Shown: positions 13,104 to 24,542, numbered from the stretch's first letter. The stretch is 64,000 nt of DNA from Anolis carolinensis (GCF_035594765.1 NC_085846.1:11643190-11707189), one strand, 5' to 3'. Notes: generated by a model from the letters alone, not told the origin. Program-made: numbers and translations.

Positions 13104-14097
13104 GACAGTGCACAGTGCCACCGGGCAGATTGCAAATAACTTCAAAACTTCTCACCAACCCTGGCGGTATTCCTCTCCTCCCCTTCCTAATTTGCAGTTG
13201 TTTCCTCTGTGTATCCAAAACACTTCTTCACAATCTGGTTTTCCCAAATATTATCCTCACTTTTTATTTTGTCCACGTTCCTCTCTCCAGAAAAAAAGGA
13301 CAAATGTTCTCTTGAAGTATTTTAACTCCAGATGCCCTCCTCCTTTCTCTTCTTTCAAATTTCTTATATCCTTTTCCAAGTTACCTCGTGAAATACATAC
13401 ACCCCTTGGATTAAATACTCTTCTGCTATAGGACTCTTCACTTGCCCATTGTTTCCTGCTCGGCTAGGTTTCTTCACAGTATTTTCTATGCATTTCTCAA
13501 TCCAATATTCTCTTCTCCGTCTTCTTCAAAACGGGCCCTGCCCAGACGCTACAAGTCTCAACACAGCTTCTGATGAATTCTTCAAATAACAGCTGCTTTT
13601 AAAAGGGTATGCAACAGCAGTGCATGACCCATCTTTGCCTCTTATTCAATGCCTCTCCGAAATCTTTCTCATTACCTTTTGAAGCCCCACCTTTCCACTC
13701 TTTGGTCTACTCCAGATGACTCACTCAGGAAAGCAGGACCTGACGCATCCAGCTGCCCAAGCATTTCTAAACCAGATGTGGGCAATTCTGGGGTATCCAG
13801 AAGCCACAAAAAGGTTAGGCAGAGCACCTATAATTTTTCCCACATTGAATTAGAGTAAGCATGGGCAAACTTTGGCCCTCCAGTTGTTTTCCATTGTGGG
13901 AGTTGATGTCCAAAACACCTGGAGAGCTGAAGTTTGCCCATGTCTGGGTTAGAATATCTTAAAAGTTGTGTGATCCACATTTAATCCGTATTGCTTCCCC
14001 CCCACAATGCAATTCAAGATCAAACACAAGGGCAGCCATATCATTGAATGGAGGAGCTTTATAAGATGTAGAAAGGAGGAGGTGGCAAAAAAGAAAT

Positions 14098-14110
14098 AGT
14101 TTCCATTTCT
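14098..14110. promoter_or_regulatory. ISRE upstream of the TRIM gene
   Basis: AGTTTCCATTTCT matches the consensus AGTTTCNNTTTCY, about 1 kb upstream of the TRIM ATG; an AP-1 site (TGACTCA) lies at about 13717. Confidence 0.55.
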
Positions 14111-14469
14111 GGTAAAGAAGCCAGAGTACAATCAGCAACAGATGCCAACAGCCAGAACCCTTAGATCTTGATGAGCCATTGGAAAGGATTGGATGAAATG
14201 CATTAAAAGACAGAGTCTTTGTTGTGAGGGTCTAACAGAAGCAAATTTGGTCAAAAGGTTCACTGGTGTTTCTTCAGTGTTTCTTCACCAGTGGAAAGGT
14301 CTCTCCTCTGGAAGTGAGGGGAAGAGGCAAGCCAAAAAAAACAGTTGCAACCTGAACTGAAATTAGGGAGACAGCTCTGAATTTTGCCTAACTAGGAACA
14401 GACCGAGACGCTTTGGTTAGAGCTTGGAAAGGTTATTTTTTTGGACCACAACTTCCAGAAATCAAGCAG

Positions 14470-14552
14470 GATTATGGCACAGTGGGTTAAAGCACTGAGC
14501 TGCTGAAATTGCTGATCAAAAGGTTGGCAGTTCAAATTCTCAGAGCAGGTTG
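14470..14552 (+). mobile_element. Sauria SINE 5' part, split by the ERV
   Basis: tRNA-derived head ggcacagtgggttaaagcactgagctgctgaa...ggcagttcaaat; continues at 19225. Confidence 0.8.
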
Positions 14553-14956
14553 TAAGGCAGGAATGAAGGGGTAGGAGGAAATGGCCATATAAGGAGGTAC
14601 GAGCAGGCCAGGAACACAGCCGATGGGTTATCACATGGTTTCCCTGAAATCATGTGTTTTGAGAGAAACGAAAGTAATGAAGAAATGTAATACTGCACCA
14701 CAAATATGCACCAATGGTTTGATATGTGGGCGGTCGTAAACTGAACCCACTGCCTTGTATAAATAGACACTCGACCCTGTCTGCGGGGTTCTCCCTTTTC
14801 AGCATCTAGTTGTGCGTGGGATGAACCTCTGCAGCTGCAGGAACTATAGTAAACTGCTTTCTTTGGAAAAACCTCCAGTTGTCTGTCTCCTACTTCCACT
14901 GCGTCCGCACAGACACACGAGAAGCCGGGAAGAGGGGAAATCTGGCTTCCGCTACA
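14553..14956 (+). repeat. 5' LTR
   Basis: TAAGGCAG...GCTACA; CCAAT (about 14711), GC box GGGCGG, TATAAATA (14758), AGTAAA polyA variant (14848). Confidence 0.95.
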
Positions 14957-14961
14957 TTTTC

Positions 14962-14979
14962 TGGTGACCCCGACGTGAT
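14962..14979 (+). other. Primer binding site, tRNA-Trp
   Basis: TGGTGACCCCGACGTGAT, the 18-mer known as the tRNA-Trp PBS of avian leukosis/sarcoma viruses, 5 nt after the LTR end. Confidence 0.9.
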
Positions 14980-15403
14980 TCCACAATAAGACGGGCCAGG
15001 AGATCGGAGACGGATCCCGTTGGCGGGACGGTCCCAACTCAGCGGTGGGGGCCAGAGGCAACTACCGTGAGACGAGAAGGGGCCCCTGAATATTGTAAGA
15101 CCGGCTGCGGTACTTGCCTCTGATGCCAACGCCGGCCGACGGTGGGAGCCGCAACGACAGCGAGGTTCCAAAGAAACCAGCTAGGAGGAAAAGGATCCAG
15201 GGAAAAAGCCCAGGGGCGAAGGTTGGTCCGACGTCTACAGCAATCTGGCAAGTATAGTGGTTAAATGAGACACTAAGGGAACAGCGCCGGGAGGGACACA
15301 AAGGTTCCCAGGGAGATATAAAGGGGTTCTGTCTTGTGATTCCTGACACACACCGTTGAGTGTCCAGGTGCCCAGTCCAAGGCAGTCCCCTCTATTAGGC
15401 AGG

Positions 15404-15550
15404 ATGGGAGGCAGTGGGTTCAAATCCACCACCCCATTACAGTGTATGTTAGACAATTTCGGCTCAGTTGCAAGTAGAGCCGTAGAAGGAATTCCCCAGA
15501 GAACAAGACTTGTGAGGGTGCCCCAAGACCAAGTCGTGCAGGGCTCATGA
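15404..15550 (+). pseudogene. gag: gag N-terminal (matrix) stub, 48 aa
   Basis: MGGSGFKSTTPLQCMLDNF resembles ERV1 matrix starts (MG myristoylation, TPL-CML-NF) at the expected distance from the PBS; stops early. Confidence 0.65.
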
Positions 15551-16127
15551 GGAGTCGCAACTCCCGGGGGGAAAAAAAAAACTGTTTGATTTCTTTGTTA
15601 TGTGTGGGGAATAATGAGTTTCAAGTTCTGCATGTTTCGTGGTAATATTGAAGTGAAAATGAAAAATGAGTCTATAGATTTACACAAAAAATGTTGAGCA
15701 CAAATATCTAGAAATGTTTTATTACGGTTGAAAAAATCTGATTCGAAGAGGGTCTGTGTTAGTTTGCTTTTGCTGACAAGCTGCAGAGAGGCGAGAAAAA
15801 GGGAGGGTGGTGTTGAGGCTGTTAAAGTGGTGTTGAAGCTCAGAAAGTTTTCCTTGTTATTTCTGAGAAACAAAAGCTGTTTTCTTAAAAAGTTTTCTTT
15901 TGCACCTGGGCCTCATGCCAAAAAAGATAGTGGGAAAATCTTGGCAGACAGTCCAAGGTAAAAACGCCCTGTCATTCTGGTTAAACTCAGGCGAAATGCC
16001 CAGAGAAAGATAAATGGAATTCCAGTGGACAGCCAAGGTCAATGAAAGCCACTGTGAACTAGTGAAGTTTTAAAAAATGTAATGTGAATCTAATATGAAA
16101 AAAAAAAGAAAGAAAATGATGATGTAA

Positions 16128-16165
<38 letters not shown>

Positions 16166-18622
16166 TTATTGGGGTTCTGTCTTTCACCTGGAACTTAAAT
16201 CCTTGCTTTGAACTTGTTTTGGGACAACTAGGTGAGAATGTTTCATGAGCTGAGAGAGAGTGTGTGATTTTATCTAAACAACTAACCACTAATCAGAATT
16301 CCTGTGGACCTTGTGTGAATGAGATGTATGTGTTGAATTCAAAATGCATAAAGAGTTATAAACAATGTTAGTAGATTTGTTCAGAAGCAATTCGGAAGCT
16401 GTAGATATTTTTTTTTTTGGAAAAAAAAATGGTCTTAGGCTTGAAAAAAAAAATCCTTGTTTTGAAAGAACAATGCTTCAGTGTTTTTAGAGAACATGGT
16501 GATACAACAGATAAGAGCTGGACATCTGCCCAGAAATTGAATCTCAAGGGAAAAAAAAATGAGCCTGAACAAGTGTACTTTTGAAAACTCAAGCCTCTGT
16601 GGGCTACTCCCCCTTTTTCCTGTTCTACAGACTTTAAACCCCTTACAGGTTATAGGGAAATGTTGGAGGTTCTTTTTTTTGCAGCACTTTGGAATACAGG
16701 TGATCTTGGTGAGTCAAGAAGAAGGAGAAGGAATGTGAATGAATGTTTTGGAAAGGAGAGGACAAGGAGAGGAGTTATTGGTTGTGGAGACTTTGTATGG
16801 AAAACTGTCACAAGTTGGCAGTGCAAAAAAATAAATAAATATATATTTATTTTTGGAAAAAAAAATTGATCCCATATTCCTGACACAGAAGGATTAAGAA
16901 CTGACATTGATTTTTAAATTTTTGATTGACATTTTATTCAAAAAGGGAGCTAGTGCCCAAGTGATAAAAAGTTATCCTTTTGAGAACCAAAGACATGATA
17001 TAATTGGCTGCATCTCATGTTGCTTCATAATAATTTTGTGAGATTTGGATTCTGAACTTTGTGATTTTGGCCCAACTCTTTCTAAAGGTTACGGAAAGGA
17101 AGGACTAGGACTTTTGTAAACGGGACATTAGATCATGCAAATAGGGGCATTTTTTCCATCGCCCCCAGCCTGGATTTTGCCAGATTTGAGAAGCGGCAGG
17201 AGGCTTTTCAACGTGTGTTACTAACAAATTTTGAGCTGTTCAACGAGTCGGTGTAAAAGGGGAATTGAGTAAGTTTAACACTGCAGCAGGACTGGAGTGG
17301 AAGATTGCATTGCAGCAAGTGGATACACGATTGTTAAATCGTTTGCGGAAAGGAAAAGAAAAAGATGCGGAGAAGAAAGATTTTGTTGGATTTCAAGACA
17401 GATGAGTGTGTTGTCAAAGGCACAACCTCTGAGGAGGCCTGCCTTGGATGTGAGCGAAACGACTAGAGAGAGTGCTTCAAGAGCCATACAGCCTGGAAGG
17501 ATGAGTATTTCCCTCCCCTTCTTTTCCCTCTCATTGTTTTTTGCTACAGGTCCTGAACTCCTGTATGGGATAAACCCAGAAGTCTATGAGACATGTTTAT
17601 TGAGAGGCCTGGGAGGGCCTATAGGTGTTGCTGAGTGCTAAGGCTGTGATGGAGTGTGGCATCAGGCTGGAGGCTGTAAGGGCTGACCAACTCAACAACA
17701 TACAATTTTCTATTTTGACCCAACTCTCCTGGATAGGACCTTTTGTAATGGGACATTGCAAATAATTCGGATTTTTGACGGATTTGAGAGACAATGAGGG
17801 ACTTTTTCATATGCCATCTAACAACCTTGCTTTTTAAGCCAAAAGGAGGATATAGCACGGAGACAATGTGACAAAGAATAAAATAAGTTAACCATTGCAG
17901 CAGGACCAGAGTAAAAAGGATTACTGCAGATCGCGAAAGAAGGCCCATGGAGGAATCATTTCTCAAGAGGCCATGGAGGGGTCGTTTGGGAGCTGAATAG
18001 TGGCCTACCTGCCCCACCCGTGGAGAGACAAGGGATTTCAACAAGATTGGCTGAGACAAAAGTGATGCCGAACAGGATGATCGACAGATGGGTAATCCGT
18101 TCCCCCTCCCCCATTCTCTCTCACTGTCTTCCTGCTTTCTTTTTCAGCTTTTTGGACTCCTGTTCCAAAATTGGAGATCCATAAGGCATTGTTACTGAGA
18201 GGCCTGTTTTCCAAAATGGAGATCCATAAGGCATTATTACTGGAAGGCCTGTTTTGGAATCCAAAACCCGTAGGAGTTTAAGTCTACCCCACGCCACACA
18301 TACTGGGTATGACAGCTAAAGCCCTGTGAGAGATGGAGATTTTCTTTACAGACTTTTCTTTACACAGAGACAATTCTTAGAGACTAGAGACTTGATTGGA
18401 CAAAGAGACTTTCTTCAAATTAACTGAACATTATTCCTTTGATCAAGGAAGAGGAAACACACCCCCAGTTTGACTTTATGCCAAAGACTGAAAAGACCTG
18501 AAAGTTGGACATGCATGTGAATGGCCACCTCTGGCCATAGCAACAAATCCATCATCGGAAGAAGCCAAATGACTGGGCTAGATCAGAATTCTACTGTGGA
18601 CTATGTCCTTTCTAAAACCTGA

Positions 18623-18751
18623 TTAATATTTTTAATCCTCATGTGTTGTTTACCTCTGGTGATGAAACTATGTACAAATGCTATTCTGCGCTCATTTTCC
18701 ACTGAAAAGATAGCTTGGCTGCAAGCTAGAAGGGATTGGAGGAACCCATAA
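18623..18751 (+). pseudogene. env: env TM anchor / cytoplasmic tail relic
   Basis: Frame reads LIFLILMCCLPLVMKLCTNAILRSFSTEKIAWLQARRDWRNP* and ends about 45 nt before the PPT; preceded by an in-frame stop. Confidence 0.55.
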
Positions 18752-18795
18752 GTCTGCTCATTTAGTTTGCTTCAGCTTTTGTATACACGCTTCGC

Positions 18796-18816
18796 AAAAA
18801 AAAAAAAATGGGGGAA
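18796..18816 (+). other. Polypurine tract
   Basis: A13-T-G5-AA immediately before the 3' LTR. Confidence 0.85.
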
Positions 18817-19220
18817 TAAGGCAGGAATGAAGGGGTAGGAGGAAATGGCCATATAAGGAGGTACGAGCAGGCCAGGAACACAGCCGATGGGTTATCACAT
18901 GGTTTCCCTGAAATCATGTGTTTTGAGAGAAACGAAAGTAATGAAGAAATGTAATACTGCACCACAAATATGCACCAATGGTTTGATATGTGGGCGGTCG
19001 TAAACTGAACCCACTGCCTTGTATAAATAGACACTCGACCCTGTCTGCGGGGTTCTCCCTTTTCAGCATCTAGTTGTGCGTGGGATGAACCTCTGCAGCT
19101 GCAGGAACTATAGTAAACTGCTTTCTTTGGAAAAACCTCCAGTTGTCTGTCTCCTACTTCCACTGCGTCCGCACAGACACACGAGAAGCCGGGAAGAGGG
19201 GAAATCTGGCTTCCGCTACA
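18817..19220 (+). repeat. 3' LTR
   Basis: Identical by eye to 14553-14956. Confidence 0.95.
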
Positions 19221-19224
19221 GTTG

Positions 19225-19400
19225 AGCTGTCGCTGTTAGCCCCAGCTTCTGTCAACATAGCAGTTTGAAAACATGCATATGTGAATAGATCAATAAGTAT
19301 TGCTTCTACTAGGAGGTGTCTACGGACAACGCTGGCCTTTCGGTTTAGAAATGGAGATGAGTACCATTTAATGTCAGGGGGAAACTTTTACTTTTACCTT
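19225..19400 (+). mobile_element. Sauria SINE 3' part
   Basis: agctgtcgctgttagccccagcttctg...gtagatcaata-like core and a ttttacct tail. Confidence 0.8.
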
Positions 19401-19414
19401 AAATATCCTAAAAA

Positions 19415-19585
19415 TGTCAGATTCCATCTGACCTTAGCAGAGTCACACTAGCTGATACTTGGATGGAAGACCACCCAATGAAAACCAGGTGCTGTGGGCT
19501 ATATTTCAGAAGAAGGAACTGGCAAACCCATCTGTATTTCTTGCCTCTGAAAAGTTATAAGGTCTCCATAAATCAAAAGGCACTT
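19415..19585 (+). mobile_element. 5S rRNA-derived SINE (degraded)
   Basis: tacttggatggaagaccacc...ccaggtgctgtgggc resembles the 5S 3' half; its tail is shared with the 26.6 kb copy. Confidence 0.65.
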
Positions 19586-20479
19586 CTTAGAAATGTAGGG
19601 AGCATATAGTAAAACTTTCGCTCACATTTTAAAAGAACTCTTCAAAATTCAAAGCATCATGAATTCTAAAATTAAATATGGATGAAATGTATCTTTCATA
19701 TATTTCAAAATGCATGAACTATCAGTGGCCTTCCAAATGAACTCACATCAAGCCCAATGCAATGTGGTATGGGGGATGTTGGGAGTTGGAATCCAACATC
19801 ACCTGGAGGGTAGCAAATAGCAAGGAATATGTGGAGTCACAGTCCAATCCTTTCCATTCTATTCTTCCCTTCCCCAAAACATCAAACAAGGAAAAGCTTC
19901 CATAAAGAGGGACAGCCTGGAAACATTTTGCAGAAGAATATTCTCAAAAGCACTTTAGCAGGACTAGAAGGAAAGGCGTGCTTACTTTCAGACAAGGAAG
20001 AAAGGTGTTTTTGATTTTAATACGTATTTTTCTAAGCCATTAGTCATGGCACTCATTTTAGAAAGGGAAGTCCCCTGTCAATAAATTACATGCCACATGC
20101 TCCACTGCTCTCTCTCTCATGAATAAGCTTGTTGCCCATCCTCTCTGGTTTTGCAATTTTGCAAGGGTTTCATTCCTCCCTCTTGACCCCTCTAGGCATA
20201 AACCTGGTTTCTTTAAGAGGTGATTCAGTGTCGCAGGAAGTGGAGAAGAGGTTTGATGGTCCAGTGCTAAGGAATGATGCAAGTTGTTATTTCACAAGAT
20301 CTTTAGCCATCTCTGCACAAGATTTCAGGTGCCTCATGATTCCATAGAATTAGGCCATGGCAGTTAGCGTAGTGTCAAACTGCATTAATTCTACAGTGTA
20401 GATACATCCCAGGATACTTGCAGCCACACAACATCCAAGCACAGTCAAAATGGCAAAAGTTATTAAATGAAGAGGAACA

Positions 20480-20830
20480 GGTGATCATGCCTTCTAACCC
20501 TTCTGCTCCTGTCTTCTGGAGTATTAGCTATCCCTCCCAATTTGGTCCCATCTGCAAACTTGATGATCATGCCTTCTAATCCTTCATCTAAGTCATTTAA
20601 TAAAGATGTTGAACAGACTGGACCCAAAACAAAACCGTCTTATGGCTTCTTTCCAGGATGAAGAAGACACATTGGTGAGCACCCTCTGGGTTTGTTCACT
20701 TAGTCAATTACAGATCTACCTAACCATAGTTTTGCCTAGCCAACATTTGACGGTCATGGGGGACCTTGTCGAAACCCTTATTGAAATACACTCCATTCAC
20801 GGCATTCCCTGCATCTACCCAGCTTGTAAT
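20480..20830 (-). mobile_element. CR1 LINE RT fragment
   Basis: Minus strand reads ...IIKFADGTKLGG (degenerate FADDTKLGG). Confidence 0.7.
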
Positions 20831-22304
20831 TCTAATTTATATATATACGGTATATATATATTTGCATTTTAGATTTATGTTTAGTTAGAGATGTAGGTTA
20901 GTGAGAAAAATTGTGTAGTTATGTACGTAAATGTTAAGAGATGTTGTTCAAGTGTGTTTGTGCATATGTAGGCATTGTAGTTTCCTTTATTTGTGCTCCC
21001 CCCCCCCTTTTAAAATTCCAAATAAAACAGAAGAAAGAAAAATGCTGGCTGTTGACTACAGAGATTTTCTGGAAGAACTAGAAATCCCTAAAGATCCCAT
21101 ACTAATCAGTTTTAAAATGCATGTTATTTATTATGTTTTAATTGTATTTTTAACCAGGCACAGTACTATTTAATTGCCTTTAATTTTTGCATTCACTTTG
21201 TTTTAAATTGATCAAAGTGTGTGATTGTTAGCCACCTTGGTTTGTGGGGATATAAATAAACTAAATCATTTTCATCATCAAATCTGTGAGCAGTCAAATG
21301 CAGAAAAGTGAAATGCAGAGGAACAACTTTGCAAACAAGACCCTCGGTGGCTTCAAATATCCTAGAATTAAGACCCCAAGAATTTTTGACTCCCTACCCC
21401 GCTTTCTGGAAGGAGAAAATTGAATGTCATACATTGGAATGACGTCAGATTATTCATCCATCTCTGATTTATCTTTCAGTTTAGTAAAAAGTGAGAAATA
21501 CCATCCTACTAGGCTGCATATCCATTGCATCGGTTGGGCAATTCTGGCACACCCGAACTGTAGTTGAGCAACCGTCTATGACAAACAGAGACTTTATGAT
21601 GATGAGATGCAGCCATCTATGAAGTGGAGCATTCTAAAAGCAGATCAACTCAAAGATTATCAAATGGGTTTGCATGTCTAGTGCCCAAGCATTCATCCAT
21701 TGAGGTATAATGAGTCAGTAACAAATGGCAGGAAATTCTTTCGTGGGATGCTGTTTTTAATATTGCTTTTGGGATGAATCCACTCTTCCTTATTTAAGCT
21801 CCTCTTGCAAGGGTTTGGGAGAACAAATGCAGGAAGGAAAGGCACAAAGTCCAGGAAACAGGTATCTCTGTTCCACATAAAATCAGATTTCAGCTATAAG
21901 TGGATGGGAGTAATGAAAAATTGCAATCCCATTTTTGAGGACTGAAAATCATACAGGTACTCCATATGTCTCAGAGTATCAAGTAAAATAATTCAGAGGG
22001 TCTTATACAAGTAAATCATCAGAATTCTGGGAATGAAACTTGAAAAACATATATTTTTGTAAAGATGGGTTTACAAAGAAATATCGATTTTTACACTTGT
22101 TGTTAATGTTAGTATTTTCTAGCAAGGACTAGGAGTCCAAGGTGGTACAAAGAAACCTATTTCAGATCCAGGGAAAAAAGTAGCAGAAGCAAAGACATCA
22201 AGTGATGGCAATTACTCTCTTTACTCAAGCCTTTTTTGGCTAAATTACCTCACCAAAATTAGGGTGCACATTAGATTAGCATAAAATAGTAATCTTAGTG
22301 CTGA

Positions 22305-22592
22305 GGCCCTGATGTCGCAGTGTGTTAAACCCTTGTGCTGGCAGGACTGATGACTTGAAGGTTGGATTGTTGACCTGAAGTTTGGCAAGTCGAACCCAAC
22401 CCAGGGAGAGCACGGATGAGCTCCCTGTATCAGCTCCAATTCCATGTGGAGACATAAGAGAAGCCTCCCACAAGGATGGTAAAAAATCAAAACATCTGGG
22501 CGTCCCCTGGGAAATGTCCTTGCAGATGGCCAATTCTCTCACACCAAAACCAACAGGAGTGAGTTTCTCAACTCACTCCTGACACACAAAAA
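22305..22592 (+). mobile_element. Sauria SINE
   Basis: tRNA-like head and Sauria core; homologous to 48792-49170. Confidence 0.75.
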
Positions 22593-22729
22593 ATAGCGTT
22601 GAGCCAAAGCAAATGGGGAAGCTGCTTCGGGAACACCTGGAGCTTCTAAGGGATGTTGTCGCTAATTTAATTGTCATGGCTCAATGCTGTGCAATCCCGG
22701 GATTTGTAGTTTTGTGAGACATCTGCACT

Positions 22730-23340
22730 CTGTGAACCCACTTGTCCTCTTCGTTCATCCGGTAGGGCACTTCTTTCGCTCCCGCCACCATCCCAGGCTC
22801 GGTTGGCGGGGACGAGGGAGCGGGCCTTTTCTATTGTTGCTCCCCGGATCTGGAATTCCCTTCCGGAGGAGATCCGGAAAGCACCCAGCCTGGCTTCCTT
22901 CAAAAAGCTGCTTAAAACCTGGCTCTTCCGCTGCGCCTTTGGATAACCGAGCCCATAGCTATAGTAGTTGCACAGGCCATCTCTTTGACTTGAAACACTG
23001 CACTATATTCCTCTGCCCCAAAGCATCTTAGAATATAACATTGTGTTTTAGTTCTAGTGGTCCCTCCAGGCCATCCTCTCCTCCATCCCACTGGTCTTTT
23101 TTCTTTTTTCTTTGCAGATTCATATGTTATTTGAGTGAGCATACTCCTTCTGTTTATGTGATTGTTTTAGTCAATTGTTATGTTTTGTTTTTGTTTTTAA
23201 TTCTTATAGCGTTTTATAGTGTTTTCAGTGTTTTATTGTACAATGTTTTATGCTGATTTTATATTGGAAACCGCCCTGAGTCCACTTCGGGAGAGAGGAC
23301 GGTATACAAATAAACTTTTACTTACTTGCTTACTTACTTT
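22730..23340 (+). mobile_element. L2-clade LINE 3' end
   Basis: ORF2 C-terminus PLRSSGRALL...RAFSIVAPRIWNSLPEEIRKAPSLASFKKLLKTWLF*; 3' stem-loop ccgccctgagtcc..ggacgg; (ttac)n tail. Confidence 0.85.
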
Positions 23341-24542
23341 GGCAGAGAAACTCAAGGCCTTGTAAAACTACAGCCCCCAGGATTCAATAGCATTGAGCCA
23401 ATGCGATGACCCCAAGGTATTATTTTCCATTGCTGGAAGCATTGGTGTTCTAACACTTTTATTTTTAAAGGAGAAATTCTAAGCAGGCATCAACTGTATA
23501 ACAAAGAGTGCATTTTTTGCCACTGCACATTACATTTGCCAGCAAAAACTTGGTTTCAGGGTTTTGAAAATGTAGGTGTGCATTAGATTCAATGGCACAT
23601 TAGGCTCAAGTAAATACAGTATGTGGACCTCCAGATGCTGTTGGACTACAACTCCCAGCATACCTTCACTCTGCAAGTATTGGTTAGACTTCCTGAAAGA
23701 TTTGGTTCAGCAACATTTGGATGGCAATATGCTGGCCACCATTGTCTAAAGGAGGTTTATATCTACTAATTCCAATTTGGTGGCTGACAGGATGTGTTGG
23801 ACTGCCATTTTTATCATCCACAGCCCACATGATGTAGACTGGGGATGATGCGAGTGACAGCCCAACACATCCCACAGGCCACCAAATTGGGAAAGGCTGC
23901 ATTATACTAACAAGACATAGCCTTCCATTCCTAGAGAGATGGGTTTTCTCCTGTTTCTCTACCTTCTCCTTCAAACACCAGATCCAGCCAAGGATGTCAA
24001 GAGAAGCTCCCTTCCACCTCACCTTTGCCCAGACATATCAGTGTCACTCCATTGGCGTGCTGTAGACAAAACAAGTTTTTCCTGTCTACTTATCAGTCTC
24101 TCTTTCTCTTCAGCCTAACACACCCATCTCCAAGTATTTGAACAATAATTCAAATCAATGTGCCCCATAGAAGTTGAAGGCAAGTTTGCTTGCGGCTTTG
24201 GAGTGGCATTCGGATGTGTTGTGTCATGTTGATGCTCATTCTCCCTCCGAGGTGATCAAGTTGCAAAGTATAAGTCATTTCCGACTGGGATCATTTCAGT
24301 ACAACATTCAGAATTGCACAATATTGGAGTCCAGGCTTCTTTTGATTATGGGTGTTCCAACAAATCTTTGCAAACAGGTAAAGATAATGGAAAGTCATCA
24401 TTTTGGTACTGGAATTGTCTTAAACAAGAGGTTGCAGCAGAGCATACTAGGAGGCCTGGAGCAAAGAGATGGATCTGTTTCAGCACCTTTTTTTTTTTTT
24501 TTGCAAAACAGGGAACATTGAAGATCTATCTAACTATCCATA

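Larger units (their letters stand above)
14553..19220 (+). mobile_element. Non-autonomous endogenous retrovirus (ERV1/gamma-like), recent insertion
   Basis: Two 404-bp direct repeats identical by eye, PBS, PPT, 4-bp TSD GTTG (14549-14552 and 19221-19224), no long internal ORF. Confidence 0.95.

Noticed and set aside
14540-15061. 173-aa minus-strand ORF and its twin at 18762-19163
   Set aside because: Antisense reading of the LTRs with non-ATG starts and no recognisable domain; the duplication simply reflects LTR identity.
17715-17990. WIGPF / PWRG words resembling the integrase GPY/F motif
   Set aside because: Too short, and no surrounding integrase similarity is visible.
24308-24402. C/D-box snoRNA-like ATGATGA...CTGA on the minus strand
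   Set aside because: No convincing terminal stem, guide sequence or host intron.
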